Shown: piece by piece, positions 9,471 through 18,153 of the stretch | Numbering within the stretch: position 1 is the first letter of the stretch | Layout: every line of letters begins with the position of its first letter | The notes under the pieces: model-generated | Seen by the model: the letters and a program-made list of their open reading frames with translations, nothing else | Database searches by the model: none | Told to the model about the DNA's origin: nothing | Translations under genes and position numbers: made by a program | Source: Candidatus Sericytochromatia bacterium | Lineage (GTDB): Bacteria > Cyanobacteriota > Sericytochromatia > S15B-MN24 > UBA4093 | DNA: 62,170 nt | Direction of reading: 5' to 3' | Assembly (NCBI GenBank): GCA_036676495.1 | Contig: JAKFCT010000094.1 | Coordinates: 1 to 62,170 of the forward strand

Positions 9471-11276
9471 TTGAGGCTACCTTACTACCTGCTGGCCGGC
9501 ATCCTGGCCGTCGGATCCGTCACCGCTCCCGCCGCGACCGCCATCGCCGCGCCGACCAAGGCCAATGCCAAGGCTGCGACCAAGGCCCCCTCGGCCCATG
9601 AAGCGTTGCACGGCCTCTTCAAAGCCGAGTGGGACTACATGATGGCCCAGGACCCGCTCACGGCGTCGGTCATGGGGGACTACCGCTTCAACGATCGCTG
9701 GAAGGACCTCAGCGCTGGCGCACGCCAGGCTCGTGCCCGCCACTACCAGGACACCCTCAAGCGCTTGCGGGGTATCGATCGGAGCCGCCTCGACGCGGCG
9801 GATCAGCTCAACTACGACCTCTTCGAGCGGGAAATCGCCCTGCTGATCGAGCAAAGCGCCCTCGGCGCCGAGCGGATGCCCTTGAGCCACCGCGACGGCA
9901 TCCACGCCGCGCACGACATCGCGGACTTCATCCGCTTCGAGACGGTCAAGGACTACGAGGACTGGATCGGCCGCATGAAGGCCTTCCCCGCCTACATAGA
10001 TCAAACGCTCGCCCTCATGCAGGAAGGCAAAGCCGCCGGCCTCATGCCGGCCAAGGCCATCATGAGCCGGATTCCGTCCCAGCTCGCGCTTCAGTTGCCG
10101 GCGTCGCCGGAGGCGAGCCCCTTCTACAAGCCCTTCACCAAGATGGCCGCAGGCATTCCGGCCGCTGAGCAGGAGCGCTTGCGCCAGCAGGCCCGCGCCG
10201 CCATCCGCGAGAGCGTCATTCCCTCCTACCGGAAGTTCGAGGGTGTCTTCACCCGCGAGTACCTGCCGGCGAGCCCGGAAAAGGTGGGGCTGAGCAACCT
10301 CCCCGGCGGCCGGGAGCTCTACACCTTCTACGCGCGTTACTACACGACCACCGACATGTCCCCCTCGCGCATCCACCAGCTCGGCCTCTCCGAGGTCACT
10401 CGGATTCGCCGCGAGATGGAGGCCATCATGGCCGAGGTCGGCTTCAAGGGCTCGCTGAGCGAGTTCTTCGCCCACATGAAGCGCCAGAAGCAGTACTTCC
10501 GCGCCGATGCAGACGCCCTCCTGATGGAATACCGCGCGCTGTCGCGCCGGATCGACCCGCTGCTGCCCAAGCTCTTCAAGGTCCTCCCGCGCGCGCCTTA
10601 TGCCATCGAGCCCATCCCCGCGGATCTCGCTCCCAACTCGAGCGCAGCCTATTACATGGGGCCTTCGCCTGACGGAACGCGCCCCGGCACCTTCTACGTC
10701 AACCTCTACAAGTCCGAAGAGCGCCCCACCTACGAGATGACGCCGCTGGCCCTCCACGAGACCGTCCCCGGCCATCACCTCCAGATCGCGCTGGCCCAGG
10801 AACTGAGCGAGCTTCCCGATTTCCGGCGCTACGGCGGCTATACCGCCTACATCGAGGGCTGGGGCCTCTACTCGGAGTCCCTGGGCGAGGAACTCGGCCT
10901 TTATGCGGATCCCTACGTCCGCTTCGGCAAGCTCAACATGGAGATGCGGCGGGCCCTGCGCTTGGTGCTCGACACCGGCCTCCACCACGAGGGCTGGGAT
11001 CGGAAGAAGGCGATCGCCTTCTTCCTGGAAAACGCCGCCAAGACCGAACTGGAAGCCACCAACGAGGTGGACCGCTACCTCGGCAACCCCGGCCAGGCCC
11101 TCTCGTACAAGGTGGGTGAGCTGTCGATCAAAGACCTGCGCGCACGCGCGACGGCAAAGCTCGGCAGCAAGTTCGATTTGCGCGAGTTCCACCACGTGAT
11201 CCTGAGCCAGGGCGCCTTGCCGCTCGACATCCTCGAGAAGCGGATGGTCGAGTGGATGGAGAAAGCGGCCCGCTAG
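9471..11276 (+). CDS. DUF885 family secreted protein (putative metallopeptidase-like)
   Basis: Signal peptide; HETVPGHHLQ, EGWGLYSE, PGQALSYKVG motifs; TTG start; TTGGCA-N17-CATAAT upstream (9404-9432). Confidence 0.88.
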   Translation: MRLPYYLLAGILAVGSVTAPAATAIAAPTKANAKAATKAPSAHEALHGLFKAEWDYMMAQDPLTASVMGDYRFNDRWKDLSAGARQARARHYQDTLKRLRGIDRSRLDAADQLNYDLFEREIALLIEQSALGAERMPLSHRDGIHAAHDIADFIRFETVKDYEDWIGRMKAFPAYIDQTLALMQEGKAAGLMPAKAIMSRIPSQLALQLPASPEASPFYKPFTKMAAGIPAAEQERLRQQARAAIRESVIPSYRKFEGVFTREYLPASPEKVGLSNLPGGRELYTFYARYYTTTDMSPSRIHQLGLSEVTRIRREMEAIMAEVGFKGSLSEFFAHMKRQKQYFRADADALLMEYRALSRRIDPLLPKLFKVLPRAPYAIEPIPADLAPNSSAAYYMGPSPDGTRPGTFYVNLYKSEERPTYEMTPLALHETVPGHHLQIALAQELSELPDFRRYGGYTAYIEGWGLYSESLGEELGLYADPYVRFGKLNMEMRRALRLVLDTGLHHEGWDRKKAIAFFLENAAKTELEATNEVDRYLGNPGQALSYKVGELSIKDLRARATAKLGSKFDLREFHHVILSQGALPLDILEKRMVEWMEKAAR

Positions 11277-11980
11277 CGGAGGTTCGCCTCGGTTCGGCGG
11301 CGGTCGAAGGCGATGACGCCGTCCACCACCTGGATCTGCCGGTCAGCCTTCGCCGCGATCTCGTCGTCGTGCGTGACGATGACGATGGTCTGACCGGTCC
11401 GGCGATTGAGATCCCGCAACAGGTCGTAAATGGCCTGGGTGTTGACCGTGTCCAGGTTTCCGGTCGGCTCGTCCCCGAAGAGCACACTCGGGTGGTTAGC
11501 CAGCGCGCGAGCGATGCTCACGCGCTGCTGCTGACCGCCCGAGAGTTGTTTGGGGAGGTGTCCGAGGCGATCGCCGAGGCCCACGGCCGTGAGCACCTCT
11601 TCGGCGCGCGCGGCGGCTTCCTTGCGGCTCATCGCCTCGGAGGCCAACAAGGGCATCATGACGTTCTCCAGCGATGAGAACTCGGGCAAGAGGTAGTGGA
11701 ACTGATAGACGAAGCCGATTTGCCGGTTCCGCTTGCGGGTCAGTTCATCATCCGACATCTGGGAGAGGTCCTCTCCGTCGAAGAGCAATTGCCCGCGGGT
11801 CGGATGGTCGAGCCCTCCGAGGAGGTAGAGCAAGGTCGACTTGCCCGAGCCGCTGGGGCCGGTGATGGCCACGAACTCGCCTTTCTGGATGTCGAAGGTC
11901 AGGTCCCTGAGGATCGGCGCCGGGGGTGCGCCCGGCAGGACCAGGTCCTTGCTCATCTCGCGGACGGAAATCAGGCTCAT
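11273..11980 (-). CDS. ABC transporter ATP-binding protein (LolD/MacB-like)
   Basis: GPSGSGKS, LSGGQQQRV, GDEPTGNLD, VTHD. Confidence 0.93.
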   Translation of the reverse strand: MSLISVREMSKDLVLPGAPPAPILRDLTFDIQKGEFVAITGPSGSGKSTLLYLLGGLDHPTRGQLLFDGEDLSQMSDDELTRKRNRQIGFVYQFHYLLPEFSSLENVMMPLLASEAMSRKEAAARAEEVLTAVGLGDRLGHLPKQLSGGQQQRVSIARALANHPSVLFGDEPTGNLDTVNTQAIYDLLRDLNRRTGQTIVIVTHDDEIAAKADRQIQVVDGVIAFDRRRTEANLR

Positions 11981-13239
11981 GACTCACCTCTCAGAACATC
12001 GATCGGACGCAGCTGGCTGGCGCGCCGGGCCGGTCCGACGCTGGCGATCAGGCAGATGACGAGCGCGAAGAGGGCCGTCATCAGGTAGGTATTAGGGTTT
12101 TGATCCATGGTCAGGGTCTTGCGGACTGCGTACTCGGACTCTCCCGCCACCGGAACCAGCGAGAGCAGGGTGGTGACGATGAAGCCGAGTCCCGCGCCGC
12201 TGGCCGCTCCCACCAGGCCAATCAGACCTCCCTCGATGAGGAAGACGCTCAGGATGCGCGCCCGCGTGAAGCCGATGGTGCGCAACAGGCTGATATCTCG
12301 GCTCTTGCCCAGAACGACGGTGATGAGAACGTTCGCGACGCCGAAGCCCGCCACGACGATGGTGAAGACCACCAGCAGCGTGGCGATGGTCGCGATGGTC
12401 TTGAAGAGCGAGATGATGTTCGCGTTGGTCTCGCGCCAGGTATCCACCTTGAGGCCCGTGCGGGCGGACAAGGCGGCCTTCAGGTCGTCCACGGCCTCGA
12501 GGTCGTGCGCCGTGAAGTTCAGGCCGGAGACGGAGCCCGAATCGAGCTCCTCGAGGATCTGCGCCTGCCTCAGATGGACGTAGCCCTTCTCGTCGAGGGC
12601 CTTGACCCCCGTCGCGTAGGTACCGACCACCCGGGTCGCGATCACGCGGCCGCTGGGACTGATCAAGCGGAGGCGATCGCCGACGCTGACGTCCAGGTCC
12701 TTGGCCGCCGCCGACCCGAGCATGATGCCCAGAGGATTGGCCCGGAAGGCCTCGAAGCTTCCCTCCTTGACCCGCTTGGCCAGCTTGACGATCCGGTCCT
12801 CGCGGTCGGGAATGACCCCACTCAGCAGGAGGGGCTTGGTCTCCGCGCCGCCTGCCGCGATCACCTGGCTGGTGACGAAGGGGGAGACGGTCTCGAGGCC
12901 CGGAATCTCGCGCGCCTGGCGCTCGCGTTCGGTGTAGGCCCGCATGAAGCCGCGCTCGGTGGGCTCACCGCGATCCGTGAAACCGACCAGGGCCTCGGGC
13001 CAGGTCTTGGCGGCCAGGTTCGTCGAGCTCTCCTCCTCGGTCTTCTCGCCGGTCATCACCAGGTGCGGGGCCGCGTCGACGATGGTCTCGGTGAAGCTGA
13101 CCAGGAGACCGTTCATGAGGCCCGAGATGACCAGGAGAACCGTGACCCCTACGGCGACCCCGCCCACCGTGAGGCTGGTCTGGCGGCGCTGTCCCAGGAG
13201 GTGCCGGAAGGCGATGGAAAACAGGTATCCGATCCGCAT
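11977..13239 (-). CDS. ABC transporter permease (FtsX/MacB/LolE-like)
   Basis: N-terminal TM, large periplasmic domain, three C-terminal TMs. Confidence 0.88.
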   Translation of the reverse strand: MRIGYLFSIAFRHLLGQRRQTSLTVGGVAVGVTVLLVISGLMNGLLVSFTETIVDAAPHLVMTGEKTEEESSTNLAAKTWPEALVGFTDRGEPTERGFMRAYTERERQAREIPGLETVSPFVTSQVIAAGGAETKPLLLSGVIPDREDRIVKLAKRVKEGSFEAFRANPLGIMLGSAAAKDLDVSVGDRLRLISPSGRVIATRVVGTYATGVKALDEKGYVHLRQAQILEELDSGSVSGLNFTAHDLEAVDDLKAALSARTGLKVDTWRETNANIISLFKTIATIATLLVVFTIVVAGFGVANVLITVVLGKSRDISLLRTIGFTRARILSVFLIEGGLIGLVGAASGAGLGFIVTTLLSLVPVAGESEYAVRKTLTMDQNPNTYLMTALFALVICLIASVGPARRASQLRPIDVLRGES

Positions 13240-13240
13240 C

Positions 13241-14491
13241 TCAGTACCCCCGGAAGATCGCGACGGGCGTGAGCTCCGCCGCCTTGCGACTCGGCCCGCG
13301 GCTCGCCACGGTGGCGATCACAATCGAGAAGCCCAGCGTCAGCCAGTAGAACCAGGGTTTTTGGGCCATCGCAATCCGGCCCGACTGGATGAAGGCGGCA
13401 TCTCCGTAACTCAAGGGAGCCATGCCGACCAGCGTGCTGAGGCCCCAACCCAGTAGCCCCCCGATGAGCGAGCCGAGGAGACCGATCAGCAGGCCTTCGA
13501 GCGCGAAGATGGTGGTGATGCCCTTGCGCGTGACTCCCAGGGACTTCAACACGGCGATGTCGCGGACCTTCTCGAGGACCACGGTATTGAGGACGTTCGA
13601 GATCCCGAAGCCGGAGACCACGAAGGTGAAGAGCACCAGGATCAGCGTGGTCTGGTTGTTGCGGCGGAAGCTCGCGAGCACGGTCTTGTTGGTCTCCTCC
13701 CAGGTATCCACGCGCTGGCCCAGCGCGGCGCGCAGGGACGCGGCGACGGGGGCCACCTTGCGGGGCTCGACGGTCCGGGCGTTGATGCCGCTGATCGTTT
13801 CCTTGCCGAAGCGGCGGATGGTCTGGGCCTGGCGGATGTTCATGTAGGCGCTCATCTCGTCGATGTTCTTGATGCCGGCCTTGAAGACGCCCGCGACCCG
13901 AAGGGTCCAGAGCCGTCCTTCGGGGTCCACCAGCCTGACGCGGTCGCCGGGCTTGACGCCCAGGTTCTTGGCCAGGAGGCGGCCGACGAGGATGCCGTCG
14001 GAGGTCTGGTTCAGCGCGTCCCAGCGGCCGTCGATCATCTTCTCGGAGAGCGTCGAGACCTGGGCTTCGCGGTCCGCTAGGACGCCGTTGGCGACGATCG
14101 GGCGGAAGCGGGTTCCGTAGCGCAGGATGCCGCGGACCTCGACGAACGGAGAGGTCGCGACGATGCCCTCGGTCCCGCCGATCCGCGCGTCGAGGACGAA
14201 GCCGTTTGACAGCTTGTCGGGCACGGCGCGGCGGCCCTGGCGCTTCAGGGCCACGAGATCCGCGTCGACCAGCCGCTCCTTGGCCGCCACGAGGGGTTCC
14301 GCCTTGACGACCAGGTGCGGGGAGGCCTCGATGATCGTGTCCTCGATGTCCGTGATCAGGCCTTCGGTCATCGACAGGGTGGTGATCAGTATCATGGCCC
14401 CCACGGCGACCCCCAGCACCGTCAGCAGCGTCTGCCGCCGACGGGTCAGGAGGTGCCTCAAGGCGATGAAGAGGTGGAAGCGCGTCGGCAT
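13241..14491 (-). CDS. ABC transporter permease (FtsX/MacB/LolE-like), paralog
   Basis: Same topology; EKVRDIAVLKSLG motif. Confidence 0.88.
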   Translation of the reverse strand: MPTRFHLFIALRHLLTRRRQTLLTVLGVAVGAMILITTLSMTEGLITDIEDTIIEASPHLVVKAEPLVAAKERLVDADLVALKRQGRRAVPDKLSNGFVLDARIGGTEGIVATSPFVEVRGILRYGTRFRPIVANGVLADREAQVSTLSEKMIDGRWDALNQTSDGILVGRLLAKNLGVKPGDRVRLVDPEGRLWTLRVAGVFKAGIKNIDEMSAYMNIRQAQTIRRFGKETISGINARTVEPRKVAPVAASLRAALGQRVDTWEETNKTVLASFRRNNQTTLILVLFTFVVSGFGISNVLNTVVLEKVRDIAVLKSLGVTRKGITTIFALEGLLIGLLGSLIGGLLGWGLSTLVGMAPLSYGDAAFIQSGRIAMAQKPWFYWLTLGFSIVIATVASRGPSRKAAELTPVAIFRGY

Positions 14492-15775
14492 CTAGGGACG
14501 GTCCTGAACCTTGGCGGCCAGCGCTTCGTAGCGGACGCGACGACCTTCGCGCAGGCCCTTGACCGCCGAAACGACGACCGCGTCACCCGCCTGGAAGGTA
14601 TTGCCCTTCACCTCGATGCGGTTCCCGTCCTGGATGCCGGCCTCGAGCGCGATGCGCGAAACCTTGCCATCCTCGGCGACGCGCCAGAGGTAGCTCGATT
14701 CGCCTTCCCGGACCAGGCCGGCCACGGGCGCGGTGAGGGTGCGGCGGCGATCGGTGACGAGGTTGACCGTGGCGGTCATCCCTTCGAGCAGACCCGCGGG
14801 AACGTTCTCAAGCCTCACGATCACCTCGGCGGTCTTGGCGACCGGATCGGTCTTGGGGATCACGCGATCCACCTTGCCCGGGATCGTCTGGTCCGGCTTG
14901 GCGTCGAGGGCGACCAGAGCTTCCTGGCCGGGTTTCACCTTGAGGATGTCCACCTCGTCGATGGCCGTCTTGATGATGAAGCGCCCGGGGTCGACCATGG
15001 TCGCGAGTGCGGTGCCCGGCGAGACCGAATCGCCCTCCTGCACCAGGTAGCTCGAAATCAGGCCCTTGAAGGGCGCCGTCACGTCGAAATCACCCAGTCC
15101 CTGCCGGGTCCGCGAGAGCTGCGCCTCTCGCTGCGCCAATTGCGCCTGGGCCACGGCCAACTGAGCCTCTGAGGCAGCGATTTGTTCCTTGCGCGAACCC
15201 CGCTCAAGTACCGCCAGCTGGGCTTCAGCCAGCTTGACCCGGGCGCGGTCGGCGGCGACGCGCTGCGTCAGGCCGTCCACTTCCGCCTGGGTGGCGGAGG
15301 CGCTGCTCAGGAGGCGCTCGCTGCGCGCCAGTTCGAGCTCGGTGCCCTTCAGATCCGCCTTGGCTTGCTGCAAGGCCGCCTTGGCCTGGTCGATCTCCTC
15401 GGCTCGCGCGCCGCGCTGCAAGAGTTCGAGGTTGCTCAAGGCCTGGGCGACCGAGGCCTTGGCCTGCTTGACGTTGGCCTCGGCTTCCGAGATGGAGAGC
15501 TGCTGGGTCCTGGAATCGAGGGAAATCAGGACCTGACCGGCTTCGAGGCGATCGCCCGCCTGAAAGGGAAGCGCCCTCACGCTTCCCGTCACGCTCGAAC
15601 GCAACGTGGCAGAGCGCTCGGAAGCGACCACCCCGGTCGAGTAGATGGCCTCGACCACGTCCCCGACTTCCAGGCGGGTGACGCTCACGACGGGTTCCCG
15701 GCGGAGGCCATAGGCCGCTCCCCCGGCGACGACGATCACGGCAGCGGCGACGAGGCCGACTTTCTTCGCTTTCAC
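14492..15775 (-). CDS. Efflux periplasmic adaptor (membrane fusion protein)
   Basis: N-terminal anchor, lipoyl half-motifs, long alpha-hairpin, APFKG..GDSV, IDEVDI. Confidence 0.88.
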   Translation of the reverse strand: MKAKKVGLVAAAVIVVAGGAAYGLRREPVVSVTRLEVGDVVEAIYSTGVVASERSATLRSSVTGSVRALPFQAGDRLEAGQVLISLDSRTQQLSISEAEANVKQAKASVAQALSNLELLQRGARAEEIDQAKAALQQAKADLKGTELELARSERLLSSASATQAEVDGLTQRVAADRARVKLAEAQLAVLERGSRKEQIAASEAQLAVAQAQLAQREAQLSRTRQGLGDFDVTAPFKGLISSYLVQEGDSVSPGTALATMVDPGRFIIKTAIDEVDILKVKPGQEALVALDAKPDQTIPGKVDRVIPKTDPVAKTAEVIVRLENVPAGLLEGMTATVNLVTDRRRTLTAPVAGLVREGESSYLWRVAEDGKVSRIALEAGIQDGNRIEVKGNTFQAGDAVVVSAVKGLREGRRVRYEALAAKVQDRP

Positions 15776-15779
15776 TTGC

Positions 15780-17111
15780 TTATCTCTCCTGACGGATCAA
15801 ACGTTCGGGGGAAATTCCGAGGGCCTTGGCGAGCGCGATCTCGCTGCGACGCAGCGCCAGGCGCGAGGCTTCGAGGTCGTGACGGGCCTGGAGGCTGTCC
15901 ATCTCGGCATCGGTGAACCCAGTCAAGGTCAGAGCGCCCTCCGCCCGGATGTTCCGGGCAAGGCGCCGCGCCTCCTCGGCCAAGGCCAGTTCCTGGCGGC
16001 GCAGCTCTTGCTGGGTGGAAGCGGCCTCCCAGTCGGCATGCGCTTGCTTCACTTCCTGGACGACGGCGCGCAAGAGCGCGTCACGATCCGCCCGGCGCTT
16101 GGCGCTCATGGCATTGGCGCGGTCGATGCCCGCCTGGGTCTTCAGGCCGTCGAAGGGAATCCAATTGGCCTGAAGCCCGAAGATCGCGCCGCGATTGGCG
16201 GAGTTGTCTCCGAGCTGGCTGGTGGTGCCGAAGGCCGAGACGGTCGGCAAGTAGCCGGCATGCGAGGCGCGCGCTTGCGACTCGGACGCCGTTTCGAGCA
16301 AGGCCTGGGCCTTCAGGTCGAGGCGCTCCTGCAAGGCCATGGCGAGGGCCTCGGCCTGGGTCATGCGCGGAAAATTCCAGTCCAGGGGCATCGTGCCGAG
16401 GGAAGGAAGCTCGGCGCCCAGGGTCTCGTTCAGGAGATCGTGAGCGAGGGATGCCGCCCGGCGCGCGTCGGCGAGCTGACCTTGCAGGCGCGTGAGCTGG
16501 ACCTTGGCTTGAAGCTTGTCGAGCGAACCAGCCGAGCCAGCGGTCGCCCGTGCCTCGACCCAGTTCAAGCGGGTTTCAGCCTTCTTGACGAGGGCCTCAA
16601 CGGCTTGGAGGGAGGCCTGCCGTTGCTGCCAGGCGCCGAGGGCGTCGAGGGCCTCCATGGCGGCCTTGCGGCGAGCCCGCTCGAGCTCCAGGGAGGTGGC
16701 CTCGGCCTGGCGAACGGATGCCTGGTACCCGTTGACGTTTCGGAAGCCCGCGAAGATCGGCTGGGTCAGGGTGACCGAGCCGAGCACCATGGCCTCGCCG
16801 GACTTGGCGAAGGTCATGCCGGCGACGCCGCCGAAGCCGCTCTGCGGGCCGGTGCTGGGGATGCCGAAGACGGCCACCGGAGAGCCGTCGAGCGACAGGG
16901 CGTTCGCGGAGACGGAGAGCTGGGGAAGAAAGGCCCCGCGAGCATCCTGGACCTGGGAGGCATCGGCGTCGTAGGCCGCCTGGGCGGAGCGGACGGCGGG
17001 GCTATTGGCGATCGCCCGCTGCATCACGTCCGTGAGCGAGAGCGGGCCGGCCAGGGCGCTGGGCGCATAGAGCCCCAGACCGAGCAGGGTGAGCAGGGAT
17101 TTGGGGTTCAT
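15780..17111 (-). CDS. TolC family outer membrane efflux protein
   Basis: Signal peptide; duplicated LPxLS / PIFxG repeats; position in efflux operon. Confidence 0.85.
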   Translation of the reverse strand: MNPKSLLTLLGLGLYAPSALAGPLSLTDVMQRAIANSPAVRSAQAAYDADASQVQDARGAFLPQLSVSANALSLDGSPVAVFGIPSTGPQSGFGGVAGMTFAKSGEAMVLGSVTLTQPIFAGFRNVNGYQASVRQAEATSLELERARRKAAMEALDALGAWQQRQASLQAVEALVKKAETRLNWVEARATAGSAGSLDKLQAKVQLTRLQGQLADARRAASLAHDLLNETLGAELPSLGTMPLDWNFPRMTQAEALAMALQERLDLKAQALLETASESQARASHAGYLPTVSAFGTTSQLGDNSANRGAIFGLQANWIPFDGLKTQAGIDRANAMSAKRRADRDALLRAVVQEVKQAHADWEAASTQQELRRQELALAEEARRLARNIRAEGALTLTGFTDAEMDSLQARHDLEASRLALRRSEIALAKALGISPERLIRQER

Positions 17112-17911
17112 TTCGACTCCTCGCGGGAAAGGGCACCGGAAGGGGGGATCGAAGCGGGGATGGAGGGGTGAGCGGGAGGGGAGTCCGAGGGCTCGAATTG
17201 CAAGCGGGAGAAGAAGCCCTCCTTGGCGAGCTGCTGGGCGACCCGAAGCAGTTGCTGGTGATAGAGCAGCCGGACGAACTCCTCGGCTTCCGGCAGGAGG
17301 GCGCGGCTGCGGGGATCCGCACCTTCTCCGAAGAGCTTCGAAACGAAGAGTTCGAGGTGCGTGCGCGCGAGGCTCGCGACCTGGTCCTTAAGGGGGCCGA
17401 GCTCTTCAGGGCCGACGCCGGCGCGCATGAACTTGCCGGCAAGCCCCGCCAGCGCGACGGCGTCCTCGTCGTAGAGCAGGACGGAGTCTCCCTCGTTGAA
17501 CGGGCCGATCAGCTCGCTCTCTTCCATGGCCGAGATCTCGCCGGCGCTGAGGCCGGTGTGCTCGATGAGCGCCGGAAGGTCCATGGGCACGAAGCCTTGC
17601 TGGTAGGAGAGCGGGCGGTAGAGCCACTCGGTTTGCTCGAGGTGGCGGGCGATCTCATCGACGGAGAGGCCGGATTGCAGGTAGCGGCGGACCGTATCCA
17701 GGCTGAACGCCCGCTTGCTTTGAAGATGCTTGATCAGGCGGATGCGCGCGAGGTCCTCGTCATCGAAGAGGCGATGCCCCCCTTCCGTGCGCCGGGGCTG
17801 CAGGAGACCCTGCTTTTCCCAGTAGCGCAAGTTCGAGGCCGTGAGGGGAAACTCCCCCTCGAGCAGGGTGACGACCTCCTGGATGGTGTAGCTCGATCGC
17901 TCGCGGGACAT
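17108..17911 (-). CDS. MerR family transcriptional regulator with a second HTH-like segment
   Basis: LRYWEKQGLLQPRRTEGGHRLF; ATG at 17911 after AGGAGG; overlaps the TolC start. Confidence 0.85.
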   Translation of the reverse strand: MSRERSSYTIQEVVTLLEGEFPLTASNLRYWEKQGLLQPRRTEGGHRLFDDEDLARIRLIKHLQSKRAFSLDTVRRYLQSGLSVDEIARHLEQTEWLYRPLSYQQGFVPMDLPALIEHTGLSAGEISAMEESELIGPFNEGDSVLLYDEDAVALAGLAGKFMRAGVGPEELGPLKDQVASLARTHLELFVSKLFGEGADPRSRALLPEAEEFVRLLYHQQLLRVAQQLAKEGFFSRLQFEPSDSPPAHPSIPASIPPSGALSREESK

Positions 17912-17928
17912 GCCCCCTCCTGAACTTA

Positions 17929-17980
17929 AACCTGAACTGAGTACCAGGTTGAGGTTAAAGCCCAGACTTAAAGCTGTCAA
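17929..17980 (-). promoter_or_regulatory. Promoter and candidate MerR operator of the efflux operon
   Basis: TTGACA-N17-TAACCT (minus strand); imperfect inverted repeat aacctgaac-N10-gttgaggtt at 17929-17956. Confidence 0.55.
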
Positions 17981-18153
17981 GCAATTGGGTCGAAGTTTAA
18001 CCTTCGCCCTCCGCCCCCTGCGGGGAACGTCGTTAATGGCGAAAACCCGCTCGTTACGTAGTTTCTGACGTACCCCCGCCTCGAGCAACCAGCTAAACTT
18101 TCCTTGGCGCTCTGTACGGGCGGTCGCGACGAACGTAATGAGGACCTTCTATA

